Below, piece after piece: positions 28,352-32,000 of a DNA stretch of 32,000 nucleotides; position 1 is the first letter of the stretch; every line of letters starts with the position of its first letter. The notes under the pieces are model-generated. The model saw nothing but the letters and a program-made list of their open reading frames with translations, had not been told where the DNA came from and made no database searches. Made by a program: the position numbers and the translations under genes. Source of the stretch: Desulfobulbus propionicus DSM 2032 (GTDB lineage: Bacteria; Desulfobacterota; Desulfobulbia; Desulfobulbales; Desulfobulbaceae); contig NC_014972.1 in the NCBI RefSeq assembly GCF_000186885.1, positions 2,850,001 through 2,882,000 on the forward strand, given 5' to 3'.

Positions 28352-29488
28352 ATGGAAACGCCCATTGTCCTTGTTGTCGATGACGAACCGACCAACCTGG
28401 CGGTGCTCGCCAACCTGCTGCGGCCGTTGTATACGGTGCGCGCCTGCAAATCCGGCGAACAGGCGCTGGCGGCGGCCATCCGCGAACCCCGGCCGGATCT
28501 GATCCTCCTGGATGTGATGATGCCCGGCATGGATGGCTTCTCCGTGCTCCACCGCTTGCGGCAGCATGAACACTCCAGGGATATTCCGGTCATCTTCGTC
28601 ACCGCGCTCAGCGATGAACTCGACGAGGAGCACGGCCTGCGGCTGGGGGCGGTGGACTACATCACCAAGCCGATCAAACCGGCGGTGGTGCTCTCCCGCG
28701 TCCAGGTCCACGTGGAGGTCAAGCAGGCCCGTGACCGGCTGAAGAGTCACAATGCCTGGCTGGAAACCGAGGTGGCGCGGCGGATGCAGGAAAACGTGCT
28801 CATCCAGGATGTCAGTCTGGCGGCCATGGCCCAGCTGGCGGAAACGCGGGATTCCGATCTCGGCAACCATATTGCCCGCACCCGGGCCTACGTGGAGACC
28901 CTGGCCCGCCGCCTCCAGCCCCATCCGCGCTTCGCCCGCGACCTGGACGAACTCAATCTGACCCGCATCGTCAAGGCTTCGCCGCTCCACGACATCGGCA
29001 AGATCGGCATTCCCGACCGTATCCTGCTCAAACCCGGCCCGCTGACGCCGGCGGAATGGGCCATCATGCAGACCCACTGCCGGATCGGCGGCAATGCCAT
29101 TGAACGGGCCATGAACACCACCCTGCGCCAATACGCGGACAGACCCGATCAGGCCAAACCCGAAGCGTTGATGTTTCTTGAGGTGGCCAAGGATATCGCC
29201 ATCAGCCATCACGAGCGCTGGGACGGCTCCGGCTATCCCGATGGCCTGGCGGGGGAGGCCATCCCGCTGGCGGCCCGCTTGATGGCCCTGGCCGACGTGT
29301 TCGACGCCCTGACCACCGAGCGCGTCTACAAGAAGCCCTGGCCGGTCGAAGCCGCCGTGGCCCTGGTCCGCGAGCAGAAGAACCGCCACTTCGATCCGGA
29401 TATCGTCGAGGCCTTCGAGGCCGAACTCGACACCTTGGTCGCCATTCAACACCGACTCACCGATCGCTGCCCCGGAGGCCTGACCTGA
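28352..29488 (+). CDS. Response regulator with HD-GYP phosphodiesterase output domain (REC-HD-GYP)
   Basis: REC DLILLDVMMPGMDG; PLHDIGKIGIPDRILLKPGPL; SHHERWDGSGYPDGLAGEAIPLAARLMALADVFDAL; VYKKPW. Confidence 0.95.
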   Translation: METPIVLVVDDEPTNLAVLANLLRPLYTVRACKSGEQALAAAIREPRPDLILLDVMMPGMDGFSVLHRLRQHEHSRDIPVIFVTALSDELDEEHGLRLGAVDYITKPIKPAVVLSRVQVHVEVKQARDRLKSHNAWLETEVARRMQENVLIQDVSLAAMAQLAETRDSDLGNHIARTRAYVETLARRLQPHPRFARDLDELNLTRIVKASPLHDIGKIGIPDRILLKPGPLTPAEWAIMQTHCRIGGNAIERAMNTTLRQYADRPDQAKPEALMFLEVAKDIAISHHERWDGSGYPDGLAGEAIPLAARLMALADVFDALTTERVYKKPWPVEAAVALVREQKNRHFDPDIVEAFEAELDTLVAIQHRLTDRCPGGLT

Positions 29489-32000
29489 TGGACATCCCAG
29501 CCGCTCATGACAGGCACAACGAACAGGGGACCGCAATGCTGGAGCAGGCCCCCTGCCCCCTGCTGATCACCCGCATGGACGACGGCCGCCTCCTGTACTG
29601 CAATGTCCGGGCAAGGCAGCTGTTCGGCCTGGACGGGGAAACGTGCCGCCTGGTGTCGATCGAACAGTTCTATCACCATCCCGCCGATCGGGCCGATCTG
29701 CTCGATACCCTGCGGCACGACGGGTTTGTGGTTGAACGGGAACAGGAGTTTGTGGATCGTCAGGGCAGAGCCTTCCCCGCCCTGGTGTCATCGACGCTGG
29801 TGGAGTACGGCACCCAGCCGGCCCTGCTGAGCGTGATCACCGACATCAGTCAACGCCGCCAGGCCGAACAGGCCCTGCAGCAGGAACGCGCCCAACTGCG
29901 TGCCCGCACCGAACGCCTCCAGCTGCACAACCAGCTGCTCGGCCGTCTGTCCACCGCCCAAACCGCCATCGATGGCGACCTGCCGGCCTTTGCCCGCGAG
30001 GTGACCGAGCTGTTGGCCGAGTCCCTCGATATCGCCCGGGTTTCGGTCTGGATGTTTAGGGAGACAGACGATGCGGCCGGCCAGCTCATTTGCCTCGACC
30101 TCTACGAGCAGGCCAGCCGCACCCACACCCGGGGCCAGATCCTGCACGGGGAAATGTTCCGCCGCGAACTGCCCGAACTCGCCACCCGCCGGTTCGTGGC
30201 CGCCAGCGACCCGCTGAGCGATCCACGAACCGCAGCCTATGGCCCTGCCTACCTGACGCCCCTGGGCATCACTTCCCTGCTGGACTGCGGCATTGTATCC
30301 GGCGGCCGCACCCGGGGGGTGATCTGCTTCGAACATGTCCGCCGTCCCCACTATTGGGAGGCGGATGAAATCGCTTTTGGCTGCCAGGTCGCCGATCAGC
30401 TGGGCATGGTGCTGCTCACCGACGAGCGGCTGCAAGTGGTCCAATCGCTGCACCGCAGCGAGCAGCTTCTCAAACAGGCCCAGGAAGTGGCCCAGACCGG
30501 GTACTGGCATTTTGACTTCGCCACCCGGACCCTGTCGCTGTCCGACGAAACCTACCGCATCTTCGACGCGCCCGAGGGGTCCATGCGCTCGATCGAAGCC
30601 TTTAACCGGATGGTTCCGCCCGAGGACCGCCCCCTGATCGAGCAGCAATGGCGTATTGCCCGCCAAGGCGCGCCCTACCGGGTTCGTCATCGAATCCTGG
30701 TCGGCGGCGTGGTCAAATGGCTCGAGGAGCGGGCCAGCATCGAATTCGATGGCCAGGGAAAACCAATCCAGGCCCTGGGCACGACCCAGGACATCACCCG
30801 GCAGATGGAAGACCAGTTCCGGCTTGAGCGCCTCAACCGGGTGTATGCCATGCTCGGCCACAGCAACGAGGCCATTGCCCGTGTTCGCGATCCCGAACGG
30901 CTGTTCGCGGAAATCTGCCACATCGTAGTGAATGAGGGCGGATTCGACGCCGCCTGGATCGGCCAGGCCAATGCAAATGGACAGATAGCGGTCCTGGCCC
31001 GGGTGGGATTGGACGACGACGCCCTGGCCCGGCTCGACCTGTCGCTCGCCGGCGTGTCACCCGCGGCCCGAGCCCTGCGCGCCGGCACGACCCAGCTTGA
31101 TGACCAGGCCATGGAAACGCGGCCCATCGACCGCAGCCCCGAGGATGCCGCCACCGGCGCCACCCACCCCTCGTCCGCCGCCTTTCCCGTTCTGATCGAC
31201 GACGAGCCGCGCATCGTCCTCCATATCCACGCCCAGGACAAGCACCGATTCGACGATCAGCACATCGAGCTGTTTGCCCGCCTTGCCGGCAATCTCGGCA
31301 TTGCCCTGGAATTGGCGGCCGCGCGCGCCGCCGAACTCAACGCGGTCAACGAGCGGCTGCGCGTGAGCGAGGAGCGCCACGCCTTTGCCCTTGAGGCCTC
31401 CAACGACGGTTTGTGGGACTGGGATCTCGATACCGGCCGAGTGTACTGCAGCCCCTCCTTTTTCACCATGCTGGGATATACCCCTGGGGAACTTGTGCCC
31501 CACATCCAAAGCTGGCACGAATTGGTCCATCCCGACGATCGCGCATGGGTATCGGCCGAGGCCTACCGGCGGATTGCCGAGGAAGGCGGCTTTGAGCTCG
31601 AATACCGTTCTCGCACCAAGGACGGCCGCTCGCTCTGGGTGCTGAGCCGGGGCAAGGTGGTGGCCCGCGCCCCTGACGGCCGTCCCCTGCGGGTGGTGGG
31701 GGTCCACACCGACCTCACCACCCACAAGCGCATCGAACTGGAGTTGCGCACCGTTGCCGAGGAGCAGCAGGCGATCCTCAATGCCGCGCCCGTGGGCATC
31801 TGCTTTATCAAGGACCGGACGGTCGTCCGCTGCAACCGCAAACTCGAGGAGATTTTCGGTCATGCGCCCGGTGCCATGGCCGGAACCAGCACTCTCCCCT
31901 GGTACGAAAGCGAGGCCGAATACCAGGAGATCGGCCGCACCATTGCCCATGCGCTCAAGGAACAGGCCCTATTTCACGCCGAGCGCCAGCTCGTGCGTCA
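29488..32000 (+). CDS. Multi-domain PAS/GAF sensor protein, probably a histidine kinase or GGDEF protein (3' truncated by window)
   Basis: TGATG stop/start overlap with HD-GYP gene; open frame to window end; order about PAS-GAF-PAS-GAF-PAS-PAS (e.g. ALEASNDGLWDWDLDTGRVYCSPSFFTMLGYTPGEL...). Confidence 0.88.
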   Translation, partial: MDIPAAHDRHNEQGTAMLEQAPCPLLITRMDDGRLLYCNVRARQLFGLDGETCRLVSIEQFYHHPADRADLLDTLRHDGFVVEREQEFVDRQGRAFPALVSSTLVEYGTQPALLSVITDISQRRQAEQALQQERAQLRARTERLQLHNQLLGRLSTAQTAIDGDLPAFAREVTELLAESLDIARVSVWMFRETDDAAGQLICLDLYEQASRTHTRGQILHGEMFRRELPELATRRFVAASDPLSDPRTAAYGPAYLTPLGITSLLDCGIVSGGRTRGVICFEHVRRPHYWEADEIAFGCQVADQLGMVLLTDERLQVVQSLHRSEQLLKQAQEVAQTGYWHFDFATRTLSLSDETYRIFDAPEGSMRSIEAFNRMVPPEDRPLIEQQWRIARQGAPYRVRHRILVGGVVKWLEERASIEFDGQGKPIQALGTTQDITRQMEDQFRLERLNRVYAMLGHSNEAIARVRDPERLFAEICHIVVNEGGFDAAWIGQANANGQIAVLARVGLDDDALARLDLSLAGVSPAARALRAGTTQLDDQAMETRPIDRSPEDAATGATHPSSAAFPVLIDDEPRIVLHIHAQDKHRFDDQHIELFARLAGNLGIALELAAARAAELNAVNERLRVSEERHAFALEASNDGLWDWDLDTGRVYCSPSFFTMLGYTPGELVPHIQSWHELVHPDDRAWVSAEAYRRIAEEGGFELEYRSRTKDGRSLWVLSRGKVVARAPDGRPLRVVGVHTDLTTHKRIELELRTVAEEQQAILNAAPVGICFIKDRTVVRCNRKLEEIFGHAPGAMAGTSTLPWYESEAEYQEIGRTIAHALKEQALFHAERQLVR

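Noticed and set aside
25105-28602. 1165-aa minus-strand ORF overlapping the Hpt-containing hybrid kinase
   Set aside because: High-GC antisense shadow ORF; low-complexity G/Q/H/R-rich translation with no recognisable domains, while the plus strand has complete kinase motifs.
1-32000. CRISPR arrays, tRNA/rRNA genes, transposases, phage genes, toxin-antitoxin or defence modules
   Set aside because: Scanned for by eye; no regularly spaced repeats, cloverleaf-like sequences, transposase motifs or terminal inverted repeats with target duplications were recognised.

Overview
High-GC bacterial chromosomal segment, deltaproteobacterial (Desulfobulbales-like) in gene style. No rRNA, tRNA, CRISPR array or mobile element was recognised. 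Left part, about 1-14 kb, is mostly housekeeping: 3' end of a hybrid kinase/response regulator, SppA-type protease, RtcB-family RNA ligase, Gate-domain permease, tandem universal stress protein, M16 zinc protease, atypical SDR protein, small unknown protein, ribosomal protein bL28, a single-polypeptide CdaA(DAC)-YbbR diadenylate cyclase, a putative porin and an AEC transporter. Right part, about 14.2-32 kb, is a same-strand signal-transduction array: stand-alone Hpt, sigma-54-dependent NtrC-type regulator, dCache chemoreceptor, two hybrid histidine kinases, an orphan PotD-like polyamine-type binding lipoprotein translationally coupled to a third hybrid kinase with a C-terminal Hpt, a REC-HD-GYP regulator, and a multi-PAS/GAF sensor running off the window. 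Best candidate for an undescribed system: a polyamine (or similar cation/amine) responsive phosphorelay analogous in logic to NspS-MbaA. Support comes from paralogous Hpt modules at both ends of the array and a good sigma-54 promoter (GG-N10-GC) with an upstream 7-7-7 palindrome directly between the NtrC-type gene and the chemoreceptor gene. Functional claims are inferences from motifs; no database search was possible.
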